DNA of 64,000 nucleotides from Antedon mediterranea (Eukaryota; Animalia; Echinodermata), in assembly GCF_964355755.1 (NCBI RefSeq), contig NC_092677.1:15460101-15524100 (forward strand). The letters run 5' to 3'. Position 1 is the first letter of the stretch. Every line of letters starts with the position of its first letter. This document shows positions 1 to 12,200 of this stretch, piece after piece. A program made the position numbers and the translations under genes. The notes under the pieces are model-generated. The model saw only the letters and a program-made list of their open reading frames with translations. It searched no databases and had not been told where the DNA came from.

Positions 1-538
1 GGTAGGCCTACATAAAGAGATATAAATAAAACAAAGAACAATTATAAGCCTACTTCTAAATCTAAGGTCACTATCAGTATAAATCAAAACGACTGAGGTG
101 AGTCTGAAGACTGTACTGATTGAATTATGGAAAAAAAAATGTGTGGTTTCGCTGGATATTCAATCACTACATTATTTAGAATAGTTCAATAGAACTCTGA
201 TTCAGAAACTTCAATTTCGCAGGTTGTCCGCCACAAACTGATTTATCATATCAATGAGATTTTAAGACACTATTCAGCTAAGAACTTTCTAATGTTTACA
301 GATAGGTTTACAAAACGTTAAAATCTATCAATAATACATTGAGTATTTAATATAACTTTTTGGATTTCCCAACAAAAACATTTTACCAATTTGAATTTCC
401 AACTGATTTATATTTTTATAATTTTACTATAAAGAAATAACAAGCAATGTGTTAACTTCGTTTTAAATTAAATAAAACAGACAAACAAATAAAATGTCTT
501 TTTATTTTAATTTCAGTTTTGTCATATTATCATATTAA

Positions 539-1550
539 AGGAAAGGAACACCCTGGGCTAAATGTGCCACTGTGCTTATAGATAAATGTAACAAAAACAT
601 GATTACGATGGTTCAAGGTACAATAGTAAGCAATTTAGTTAAAAAATAGACTTTTAAACGACAACATATCGGAAATTGAACAGCGCCATTTTGACAGGTT
701 AAGAGCAATTATGTGACGTCAGATTAGGTGGACGCATTCAAGCAAATCCAAGCGCCCATCGTCTTACTACAGTATTTCAATATGGAAGTGCGGGATATAA
801 CCACAAATAAAATCAATTAAATAGCCTAACATACCTAATATTTTCGGAATATGGCTTGGAGTTTTTATAATTCAGAAAATTTGGAACCAGAATATACAGA
901 AAGAGAGTTAGTTTTTCGTCGTGCTGATGAGGAAAAAAGAAGAGAAGAAGAACATTCTCGAGCATAACAAGCCGTCGAAGAATGGTGTACTTTCGGCCAG
1001 TGTATCTGTACTGTATGCCTTACTAGGCCTAGAACTCGTGTTGAACGAAAATAAAGTAGACACTGCATCGTCAACCAACAGCCTCCGTTTGGAAGGTTTG
1101 TCAGTTAATTCCCCTACCAAATCCCGTTTGAAACAGCTAGGCAATAAAAGTAACAATAGATTAACAATAGCTGAAAGATTTACGAATTGGCTTGCAGAAG
1201 AAAAGATCGATCGAAGGTTTGTTTACCAAGCCAGCGCATGCTCATACCGTGTCATCGCCGTCCTGCATGACCGCATGTCGCGTTATTAGCCAATCATATT
1301 AGCGGATTCGCTTAGCCAATAGAAGCGCTGAATGCAACCGCGAATCTTAAAATTTTCGTCGGCCGTATCTGACGTCACAAACAGGCTGCCATGAGCACAA
1401 GATGGCGATTTTCAAATGTCTTGAAAACAGCTTTAAAATCCTGTTTACTAAAAAACTACAAATCCGATTTAAACATAAATTTTGTTGAATATTAAGTTGG
1501 TAGGGTTACTTCTATAATAGTTAGGTAAGATATTAGGGTGTTCCTTTCCT
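539..1550. mobile_element. Non-autonomous Kolobok-like DNA transposon
   Basis: 16-bp TIR AGGAAAGGAACACCCT (539-554) / AGGGTGTTCCTTTCCT (1535-1550); TTAA on both sides (535-538, 1551-1554). Purine-purine start plus TTAA TSD fits Kolobok rather than piggyBac (CC ends). No transposase. Confidence 0.8.
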
Positions 1551-1588
1551 TTAAGTAATTCATCTGGTGAAATTAGTGTAAACATTAT

Positions 1589-2280
1589 ATAGTATATAGC
1601 TCATACGACTTACATAGTAGTATATCATACGACTTATTACAGTAGTATATCATACGACTTATTATAGTAGTATATCATACGACTTACATAGTAGTATATA
1701 GCTCATACGACTTACATAGTAGTATATCATACGACTTACATAGTAGTATATAGCTCATACGACTTACATAGTAGTATATCATACGACTTACATAGTAGTA
1801 TATAGCTCATACGACTTACATAGTAGTATATCATACGACTTATTATAGTAGTACTGTATATCATACGACTTATTATAGTAGTATATCATACGACTTATTA
1901 TAGTAGTATATCATACGACTTACATAGTAGTATATCATACGACTTATAGTATTATATCATACGACTTATTATAGTAGTATATCATACGACTTACATAGTA
2001 GTATATCATACGACTTATAGTATTATATCATACGACTTATTATAGTAGTATATCATACGACTTATTATAGTAGTATATCATACGATTTATTATAGTAGTA
2101 TATCATACGACTTATTATAGTAGTATATCATACGACTTATAGTAGTACATCATACGACTTACAGTAGTATGTCATACGACTTACAGTAGCATATCACACG
2201 TACGACTTACATAGTATATCATACGACTTATAGTAGTATATCATACGACTTAGTATCGCTAGTACGTACGACTTACATCA
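1589..2280. repeat. Minisatellite, ~22-27 bp unit TCATACGACTTA(C/TT)ATAGTAGTATA
   Basis: More than 25 head-to-tail units with small indels, degenerating at the right end. Confidence 0.95.
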
Positions 2281-3291
2281 GCATCTCGTACGTACGAATT
2301 ACAATCATTAGTTACTTCCATCTCGTACGTACCAACATTTTCTGCTTTTCTTTTTATTTCATTTTGAAAAATAAAATGAAATAAAACTTTAATCTAAGTT
2401 ATATATTGCATTGCAATTCAACGAGAAAAATGGTTAGTGGTAAGTACACGCTCAAAACCGATTACTTTTGATCACTTAATTTGATAATGATTGCTTTTCA
2501 CATAAAATACCTACTGGAAAAGTGTCTTTATATTATGAGAAAAATATTTGTTGTGATGTTATTTTATGACTAGGCTATTCAAATTCAACATTTACTTTAG
2601 AAATGTATTAATGGTATAAACGAACAGGAATTGTAACCCAGTGAGATGTAGCAAGGGCATCCAGTGTTTGTTTATGTCTGAAAAAATTGTGTTATTGGTA
2701 ATAGAAATTTCAACTAATTATTTTCGTTGTTGGTAAGAATTGTTTTTTCTGTTCGTTGTACACAGTAAATATAAAGTAAGTAAATATAAATTATTTTATT
2801 CCTTTAAAAGTCTATAATATAGATGGGTTTGTCGCAAAGAGCAACATAAAAAAACAATTCGTCATGCAATAGAAAAAATTAATAAAAATGTATAGAATTG
2901 TTGAATTAAATTCGTTTATCTCTTTAAAAGTGTAATCACATTTTTTTATATTTTATTAGTAATAATAATAATAATATTTCTTTTCACAAATAATAGAGCA
3001 AAACACAGAGTAATGGCATATGCGAGCGAAATCGGACATAAGTCGCATATGTATATTTGTAATGACAGCCAAAAACAAAAAAAGCTGAAAAATTACATTT
3101 TTTAAAATCTTTTACAGTCTATTTCCTATTACGTTCTATTTTTAGTCTCTAAATCTAAATTATAGTATATGCGCTCACTGAACCCGTTTGAAAAATATCA
3201 GATAGGTATAAGACCGCTTGGACGCCGATTTAGAGAAGTCCGTACTAACAATTTAAGCTTTTCTGCGTTTGCCTATTACGATACGTGCATT

Positions 3292-4820
3292 ACGAGATGG
3301 TGCGTTTATCATGGTAAAATGTGACGTATGCTATCATAAAGCATCATATCAGTGTCTGAAACGAGCAACTGGTGTCTGCCATCAAATACGGAATGAATGG
3401 GACATGTGATCAGTTTTGGTCAGTGGAGAAGTAACCTTCAGCAATGAAGACACCACGTGTGATCTTGTGGATGCATCGACTCGTTTTAACCTGTATCCAG
3501 AACGTGGTGAACTGTGTATAGTTGCTTCTACTGCTACATCTACCCAAACCAAGCACAATATACACATAGCTACTACCCTGTTGGCAATCTTCTCTACCTT
3601 AGAAGAAACCGAGATACAGGTTATAATCACGGTGAGGCAGAAACTTACGGTGGCTGATTTCCGCCAAAGAAACAAATTATTTTATAATAATACGGCGTGA
3701 TAACGCCGTAATTAGGGCGTTATAACGCCGTATTAAGGCGTTATAATGCCCTAATTTTACAATCCGTTCACACGTACATGCGCAAGCGTAGTACATCAAC
3801 AAACCCAGAGCCATAAAAGTTTCGACTATAAATGGATTGAATCAATTTGTTTAAAGGTTTTTGTTAAAATAATAATATTATTTTGATGATTTTAATCAAA
3901 ATAGATTTAATCCATTTAATTTAACGGCTCTGGCTGTGCGCTCTATGCACGCTCTACGCGTGCGCGTTTATTTTGTACAGCGATTCTCTAATAGTAATGC
4001 ATTGTTTTTACATTTTGTTGTTTAAAATTCATTCATTCATTCAAGTAAACATTCATTTCTACGATAAGAAAAAACATTTTTTTCAATTTACAAATAAATT
4101 ATGAGATTAAAATCATCTTCGCCGTAACTTATGATTGCGTTATCTTAACAAAAACCTTTAAACAAATTGATTGTTTTGATATTAAATTAGATATTTAAAA
4201 CCTTGTGAAAGTTATACATTTTTTAAGCAAATGACTCGACTCCATACACTACATAGGCATATTGGACACAAAGATGGCCAGTAATGTACCACGTGAATTT
4301 CTAAAATCTATGAATGCGCCGAGAGGTTTGTTGATGTACTACGCATGCGCATGTACGTGTGAACAGATTGTATATTTAGGGCGTTATAACGCCTTAATAC
4401 GGCGTTATAACGCTGTATTATTATAAAATAATTTGTTTCTTTGGCGGAAATCAGCCACTGTAGAAACTCGATGTCAGAAAGAGTTCGGAGGTCACATGGC
4501 ACTACCTAGAGATGTCTATAATGTTAGTTTAAGTGGTGTTAAATGTGTTTGGAATCAGCGTAGGAGTTTTTGCTCACTTTCCAACATCGACCTAAACCAG
4601 TATCCACCACTGGGTAATAGCCATTAGAGGCGTCGGTACAATTTGGTGATATTAGTGGTACACTGAAAGAGCACGCTTCATTACTCCAGTATTCGATTGG
4701 ATCGCAGAACAGAGAGTAGTAAAATCATGTCCCATAGTGCATGGCAAAAACTGTGAATTTATAGGTTTATTTGAAGAAACCAAAAAAAAACCCCATTTTA
4801 GGTTAGGACGCTTTTTGTTA
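3292..4820 (+). pseudogene. Pseudogene copy 1 of the PAN/3xLink gene (last-exon remnant)
   Basis: Clear nucleotide match to 7829-8770 (e.g. SGEVTFSNEDTTCDLVDASTRFNLYPER, ETRCQKEFGGHMALP) with frameshifts and deletions, interrupted by the element at 3646-4462. Signal-peptide and PAN exons not found. Confidence 0.9.
3646..4462. mobile_element. Non-autonomous TIR element with 6-bp TSD, IS3EU-like termini
   Basis: ~140-160 bp TIRs beginning TAC(G/A)GTGGCTGATTTCCGCC; flanked by GAAACT twice, whereas the intact paralogue near 37880 has a single GAAACT. Confidence 0.85.
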
Positions 4821-6029
4821 TAATGTTCCTATATTTAGCACTGGACTCCGGTCTGGAAGAAGGTTGGGGATGCAATTTCCTCCGTATTCTATGAACAAGC
4901 AAGGTGTAACTAATACGACACTGCATGTTTTGATATTTGTTATGTATGAATAAAAGTCACGTACGTGATTGTAAACTATATATTTTACTTTACTTTTATA
5001 GATTTAAAGCTCTATTATAAATAGTATTATTCATTTTTCTAGCGAAGTATGAGTAATCAATGAATTATAATAACTCATATTGTAATAAAAAAAAACCTTA
5101 AAAATAATTATTTACAGAGTTTTCGACTGTTTATTATACCCATTTTCAACTGAAAAAAAAGAAATGTAAATTTTAATTTCATTGAAAAGTATCTCATACG
5201 CAAAACGTTCTTTTATTCTACTTCTTTTTAATATCATTTATTGAATAGCAATTAAATAAAACCTTTAATGTTAGTTCAATTATGTTTTATTGTTAATAAG
5301 GAGAAAATAGTTATTATGTACACGATCAACCGATAATATTTGCTCACATAATTGAATTATGATTACTTTTAACATAAAATACGTACAGCAAACATAAATG
5401 TCCTTATAGGAGAGATAGAAACAAAACATTTTTAGTGATGTCAACTCCTGACTAGCCAAGTGAAAACTTAATTTAAAAGTCAATCATTATTCATATACAC
5501 GAACAGGAATTCCAACCCGGTGATATGTAGCCATGACCACAAGTATATATTTACAACTGACATATAAATATATCCCATTATATGATTGCTCTTAACTTTG
5601 ATGCTGCTAAATAGAAGTTTCAACAACTGATGTTCAACAACTGTTGGTAAGATTATACTTGGTTGTTTATTAAATAATGTCAATCAAATTTTCTATTTTA
5701 CAATTATTTTATATTTATAAAGAATATTTATATAATGTTTTTTTTTTCATTATTTGTTGGTAAGAATATTATTTTGTTATTGCTGTTTTTTTAAATATTG
5801 TAAATCGAAAACTACTGATACAAATACAAAGTATATGCATTAATTAATATCGATTTTTTTATAAAAAATATTTGATGTACAGCATATAAGATGGAACATG
5901 TGTACATTTTCAAATAATTGTTGGTGTCGAACCAGAAATACTGTTTATATGTTTTTTATATTTCATTAATTCATTTATTTTTCATAATTAAATTATTCGC
6001 TATTGTTTTGTATGCAAATATTGGGTTCC

Positions 6030-6285
6030 GGACTGTTTCCACCTGTTATTTTGCCACCCAGCATATAGCCACCAGGCCTTTTGCCACCCGGTCTTTCTCC
6101 ACCGGCCTATTGCCACCCGGCCAATTACCACCCTGTCCATTTCGCCACCCGGCCTTCAACCACTTGGGTTTTTACCACCTTAGGCCTTTTGCCACCCGGC
6201 CAATTGCAACCCGGCCTGTTACCACCTTAGGTGTTTTGCCACCCGGCCTGTTGCTACCCGGCCTTTTGTCACCCGGCCTATTATT
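6030..6285. repeat. Tandem ~17-bp GCCACCCGGCC-core repeats, probably a DNA-transposon subterminal array
   Basis: About a dozen imperfect TTGCCACCCGGCC units in intron 1 of gene copy 2; no partner TIR identified. Confidence 0.75.
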
Positions 6286-7037
6286 GCAGTTGTGTAGTTA
6301 TTATTTTAAAAGAAGCCAGGCTGTGTATTACTTACTAAAATATATTTTGAAATAAATAAACTGATTCTTTATCTCAATACTATTGTATTATATAAATCTG
6401 AAGAAGGACTAGATTTAGATATTACTATTTCGATATAACAACCTATTTCTATAACACCTATTGAGAGTAGGCCTTCTTCAGTCCTCAAAGAACGTTGGTG
6501 GTCATGGCTTTCCAATAGTTCTATTCTCAGCCAACTATAAATCTCAACATGCATTGCACGCGGATTGATATTTTAGTTTTCTTCTGTAATTCACCCACTT
6601 TGAAGAACGTCAGGCTAGGCATAGAGATATTATCTCTATGGGCTAGGCCTATAGCTATTGTACGATGTTAGTACGTCGCTGCTGTTTACCAGCAAGGCCT
6701 ACAAAATCAAGCCTACTGTAGCTAGACTTGATTTGGTCCACGAGAGGAAATTCACCGCGTGCTACTTAGGTAGTGCATTGTTTCTCTCTTTTTATCATAA
6801 TTTACCATAAAATGTACATTTAAGAAAAGGGATGACCTGGTTTAATATTTTTATTAATATCATATATTGCATTATTTGACAAAACGTCAAAAATTGTAGG
6901 GATGGGTCTTTAACTTTTTAAAAGTTCATAATACAGGAGGTTTTGTTGCAAAGAACAAAAAAAATAACAACAACAATTTGTTAAATGTATTCTTTATCTT
7001 TTCATTTCCAGTGGCATTTCTTAGTTCGTGTTCTGTG

Positions 7038-8770
7038 ATGTTGTTTATGTATTGGATAGCTGCAGTCATTTTAATTGCTACGGCACATGGTAACTAAGTC
7101 TGATTATTAAGCTGTAACTAACTATAGAAATTGAAGTGACGAAAAACGAGAACGAAAAAGAAGATGACGATGATAATGATGACGGTAATGCCGATGACTA
7201 TGATGATGATGAACCAATGTCGGTTAACGTTACTAAAAGTAGATATCTACAAAATACGAAGGTGATGATAACGATAAAGTAAAACTGCTAAAAACGATAA
7301 TATGAGTATTACAAGATTTCTTCTCCTTTCAGCTCGAACACCAGGGCTTAGAACAGTGCTGTTTCGTACGAAAACTGGAACCATTTCAGCAAAAATGAGT
7401 GATCAACCAATCAGCATTCGATGTGCACAAGCATGTTTAAGATTAGGTTACGATGCATGTGATTATTTTAGGATTAGTAGGCCTTTGGTTGAAGGAAGCG
7501 TGCCTGGATGCGATATTAAAAATTCGATAGCAGATAATGATGTGTTGCTGGAATACGAAATTAAGGTATGTGCTTAATATTCTATGGCGATTCTCAAGAA
7601 GGGTGAATGGGAAGCTATTGAGTGCGCAAGGGTACAGATTATCTCCCCCAATAAATAACACAAACATACTTTGCCTACGATTTCATTCCAATGTAAAAAT
7701 ATTCGGGTAGGTCTCCGAATAATGATTTGTGTGTGTAGTAGGCTACTAAACGATTAAAATGTGTGGTAAAGCACTGAGCTTGATTCTTGCTGTAGACAAC
7801 ATAAACGTTTTAATTTTCATTATTACAGTTTCAAAATGGCGCATTCATAAAGGTAATGGACGAAGTAAACTACCAGCAAGCATTAGATAAGTGTTTGCAA
7901 TTAAAAGGAAATCTAGCATTTTACGAGCAATTGGTGTCTGCCATCAAATACGGAATGAAAATGACATGTGACCAGTGTTGGCTTATCAGTGGAGAAGTAA
8001 CCTTCAGCAATGAAGACACCGGGTGTGATCTTGTGGATGCATCGACTCGTTTCAACCTGTATCCAGAACGTGATGAACTGTATAGTTGCTTCTACTGCTA
8101 CATCTACTCAAATCAACCACAAGATACACATAGCTACTACCCTGCTAGCAAGATTCTGTACCTTAGAAAGAATAATGGTACAGGCTATAATTACGTTGGG
8201 GCAGAAACCCGATGTCAGTCAGAGTTTGGAGGACACCTGGCCCTACCTATGGAGGTTTATAATGCTAGTCTAAATGGTGTTACAATGTGCTTGGACAAAA
8301 AATTTTGGTTTTCTCACAATATGTCTGGAGCTTGTTGTGTAGAAGATTATATTGATACGTGTTGGTCTAACATATTAGTTGGAGGAAAATTTAAAATCAC
8401 AAATCTCGAAAAAAAAAAGTTACGAAAGGCTTTTTGTTCGCTATCAAACATTGATCTCAACCAGTACCCGTATCCATCTCATTGGGTAATAGCTATAAGG
8501 GGAGAACAAAAGAAGAGTCTCACATTTAAAGAGGCGTCGGAAAAATGTCGTGATATCGGTGGTACAATTGCAACAAAAGAGCAAGTTAACAAGGCTTACT
8601 TGAAGGGATATTTCTCTCCCATCCGTGGTTGGATTGCAGAAGAGAGAGTAGTGAGGTCATGTTCCATAGTACACGGCACAACCTGTGAATATATCGGTTT
8701 ATTTGAAGAAACCACCACCACTTCAGCTGAGTATGACGCCTTTTGTTACGTTCCTCCTGATGGTAATTAA
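7038..8770 (+). CDS. Secreted PAN/apple-like + three Link-like module protein, copy 2 (408 aa, 3 coding exons)
   Basis: Exons 7038-7089 (MLFMYWIAAVILIATAH, signal-like, GTAACT donor), 7333-7565 (CAQACLRLGYDACDYF...C, PAN-like) and 7829-8770 join in frame at GT-AG sites. The last module has the Link signature LTFKEASEKCRDIGGTIATKEQV...GWI...YDAFCY; two earlier modules are weaker matches. Same exon phases in paralogues. Confidence 0.85.
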
Positions 8771-9212
8771 CAATGGAATACAGCCATGCACGCTCAGCCT
8801 TTATAACAATTATCGTTATTGAAATGATAGTAGACATGTGATGCCACTTGTAATATGCTAATTTTTTACCTGCACCTTAATTATATCAGTAGCAGATAAG
8901 AACTCACATTACATTTACATCTAATATTGATGAAATTACTTACAAATGAATGTTTTATATTAGCAATATAACTAATTTTACTAATTAACAAAACAATTAG
9001 GAATTGTGTAGCATAAAAAGTTTTCACAATATATAAACATACAGTACGCTTACTATACTATACTGTAATATAACAAGTGATAATAAGTAATAAATAAGTA
9101 GTGACCAACTAACATTATGTTTACAAAATATATAATTATGTTAACTGTATTCAGGCAATAACACATACTGTAATCCGTAACAATAGACGACCAATTATTT
9201 GTATAGTGGGGT

Positions 9213-12200
9213 TATGGCAAGCCTCAGCTGTCTGAAGTATTCAAAATATTATATTATTATATCATTTTTTAATTATATTATATATTGTATTGTAATGAAT
9301 TATACGTTTTGCATTATATTACTTGGTTTTAGCATTATATTATATCTATTTCTAATATATTATGTGAAAAATGTAACAAATTATTGACTTTTTGTATTAT
9401 ATTATTTGGTTTTAGCATTATATTATGAACATTTAATATTATATTATTAATAAAATACATTATATTATAATATAATTGTATTATATTAAACGCATTTACT
9501 TTACTTTATAACATACAACATTATTATATTATACGGATTCGTTAGTTATATTATTATTTTGTATGATGTTTATTATACGTCACGGCTTATTTCAGTTCTT
9601 CTAACTCTTTCTCTCCCTCCCCCTGTTCACTAGCAATCAGCGGCCGGCAGAATCTGAATTGTGACTGTTGAAGAATAACTACGTACTAGGCCTAGCCTAG
9701 GGGATCTAGACAAGTGACCAAGGATCACCGGACAGCTACAACTAATACTACAATACAATAATACTACTACAATAACTACTACTGCTACTACCTAGGCCTA
9801 GCTAGTGAGTAGTAGGTAGCTACTACTAGGCTCTAGGGCGTATGTATGATGTTAACTACAAGGGCCTAGGCCTAGACTTAAGTTGTAGTAGCCTGCTGCC
9901 TTAGGCTAGGCTACTACTACTACTACTACTAGGCAGCCCATGATGGGTACGAGTAAGCCAAAATGTTGGATATATGTAAACCAAAATTTGGGTACGAGCG
10001 TGTTGGCATGGTATGGGTACGGGTTGACCTGTATCCTTCTAGCTAATCGTACTATGCCTAGGCCTCAAGTAAGTCTACGCTACCCAGTCCGGCTACAATA
10101 TGGTCTATTTTGTTTTATAGCTTTATTGATAGCTGGGTTCAAATCTGGGTTGGGACGGCTTTTTCTCATTCTAAAACAGATTTCCTTATCATAATAAAAT
10201 AATATATGAATTTATTTGTAATATTATTGTAATGTATACATAATATAAGTAATTGCCATTGCCTTTATTACTATTAATTATGTATTATACGGTTACCCCT
10301 TAATTATACTATAGTATAATTTCCTTGTTATATTTTACAATATTTTCTTCCTAATTCTACAATTTTGTCTTTCACAGCACAAATTTATCATACTGAATCA
10401 TCACACACCAAGTCTCATAAATCTCTACTGTATTTGTCCAAGCTACTCCAGCTACATGGTATTGCCTTGAGGCTAAATTACACGGTATACTGGCACTACC
10501 ATCATTCCTGGCTCGTCAACCTGTACCACATAAGCACAGTTTCAGTTTCAGTTTATTTACCATTTCAATTTCTGAACATAAGAGATGAACAACTTATATG
10601 GATGGATAATCGTAAGAGCGAAGCTCGTTTACCGGTCACCCGTTAGTGCAGTGACATTACAGACAACATAAAGACAGGACAAAGGTGCAATACTTAACAA
10701 GACATGTGAACACTTGTGTTTGCAACCCCTTGGATAAAATAATATATTTATATAATGGAGAAAGTTAGATATTATAATATTTCTTTTTGATCATACAATG
10801 ATAATTTTTAAATTACTTCTTAAGAAGTCATACTACTGATTCAAAATAGTGACTTACACCCTGTGGTCAAGGCTTTCTTTGCTCTTATGCTTATATCCTC
10901 CAACATACAGAGTACATAGGACTTTTTTTATTCATAACTGTTGGAATTGTTTCCCAATACATAGTACCTATTGGTATTATATCTAAAAATACAAAGGCGG
11001 CTAACACAGATAGTTCCATATATACAGTACTCCTTTATAAATAAATGTATCTCTCCAAACTACTCCCAACTACCTAATCTAATAATAGTACTATTAGCAT
11101 ACTACTATACACTTTGTAGACAAGAAATAAGTTGTATACACTACAGGACTTATGGTAGTACAGTCGATCGCCCTCTCACTGGCCCGGTCAACATAATCTA
11201 TACCTAGATTATTACAGTAATTAAAGTACATTATTACAGAGTTTTTTTTTTTTTTGCAGAAATCAAAGTTATGTGTATAGAAAGCAGTACTCGTATTAAA
11301 AACTAAGCAGGTTTTTGAACGCAAACTGGCAGGATATTTTGAATATTTTTTGTTGTTGAAATGATGGAATCCTAACTTCAATTTCCACGAACCCTTTTAT
11401 TTAAATTTATTTGAATAGACCTCCATGTAAACTCATTAAAGGCTACATGATTGTTTTATATTTTAATATGTGATAGTAGAAAATCATTGTGTATAATGAG
11501 GACTATGAATCTGATATTTACTTGCATTCTCATCTTTTTAAATTATTATTTATAATGCCGGTAATGAGTTTAAAATTTAATTACCGTATATTGACTATTT
11601 TTGATAATCATCATTCAAGATTCAAGATTCAAGAAATTTTATTTGTCCATAAAAATGGAAATTCACTTTGCTTGGTAGATTAAAACAACAATATTGCAAC
11701 AATTTAAAAACGTGCAGTATTATAACAGATTAAAAATACAAGATAAAAAGTAAAAACACTGTTAAAAATGTAAAACTATGTCCTTATAAATTCATTTATA
11801 TTTCTTTTGTGTAATATAGTTCATATATTATGTATTAAGTAAATTGGTAAGGCCCTATACTGTTACTATTTAAGGAAAGTTTATATACACTATTATTTTA
11901 TGCCTACCAATATTAGTATTAATTGTTTATGTAAATATTTTGTCTAATTGCCTTGATTTTTTGTATAGGCCAATGGCATCAATGTTTTTCTCAAAGCAAA
12001 TTAGCCTAATAATGCCACATTTAGACACATGATTCATTGATTTCTGATATTCTGTACTTGTGTATGCATTACTAAAATAGTAGTTAATATATTTCATTTA
12101 TAATGTATGTATAAACATATATTCATATTTTGTTTAACATTTTTAAATTTAAAAATTATTACAATACCTATCTACCTTTCTGATATTGTTACTATTATAT

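Noticed and set aside
865-1289. Overlapping ORFs inside the Kolobok-like MITE
   Set aside because: No recognisable domain or transposase motif.
1589-2280. CRISPR-like array
   Set aside because: Units are contiguous with no unique spacers, no cas genes, and the context is eukaryotic. The same applies to 58901-59500.
5918-6355. 145-aa Pro-rich ORF
   Set aside because: Produced by the GCCACCCGGCC tandem repeat; non-ATG start.
8010-8273. Alternative-frame 87-aa ORF, also at 37691-37954
   Set aside because: Shadow frame of the Link exon, conserved only because the exon is conserved.
9940-10646. Recurring 84-aa and 93-aa ORFs in the palindrome arms
   Set aside because: They recur only because the arms are repeats, are frameshifted in some arms, and show no domain.
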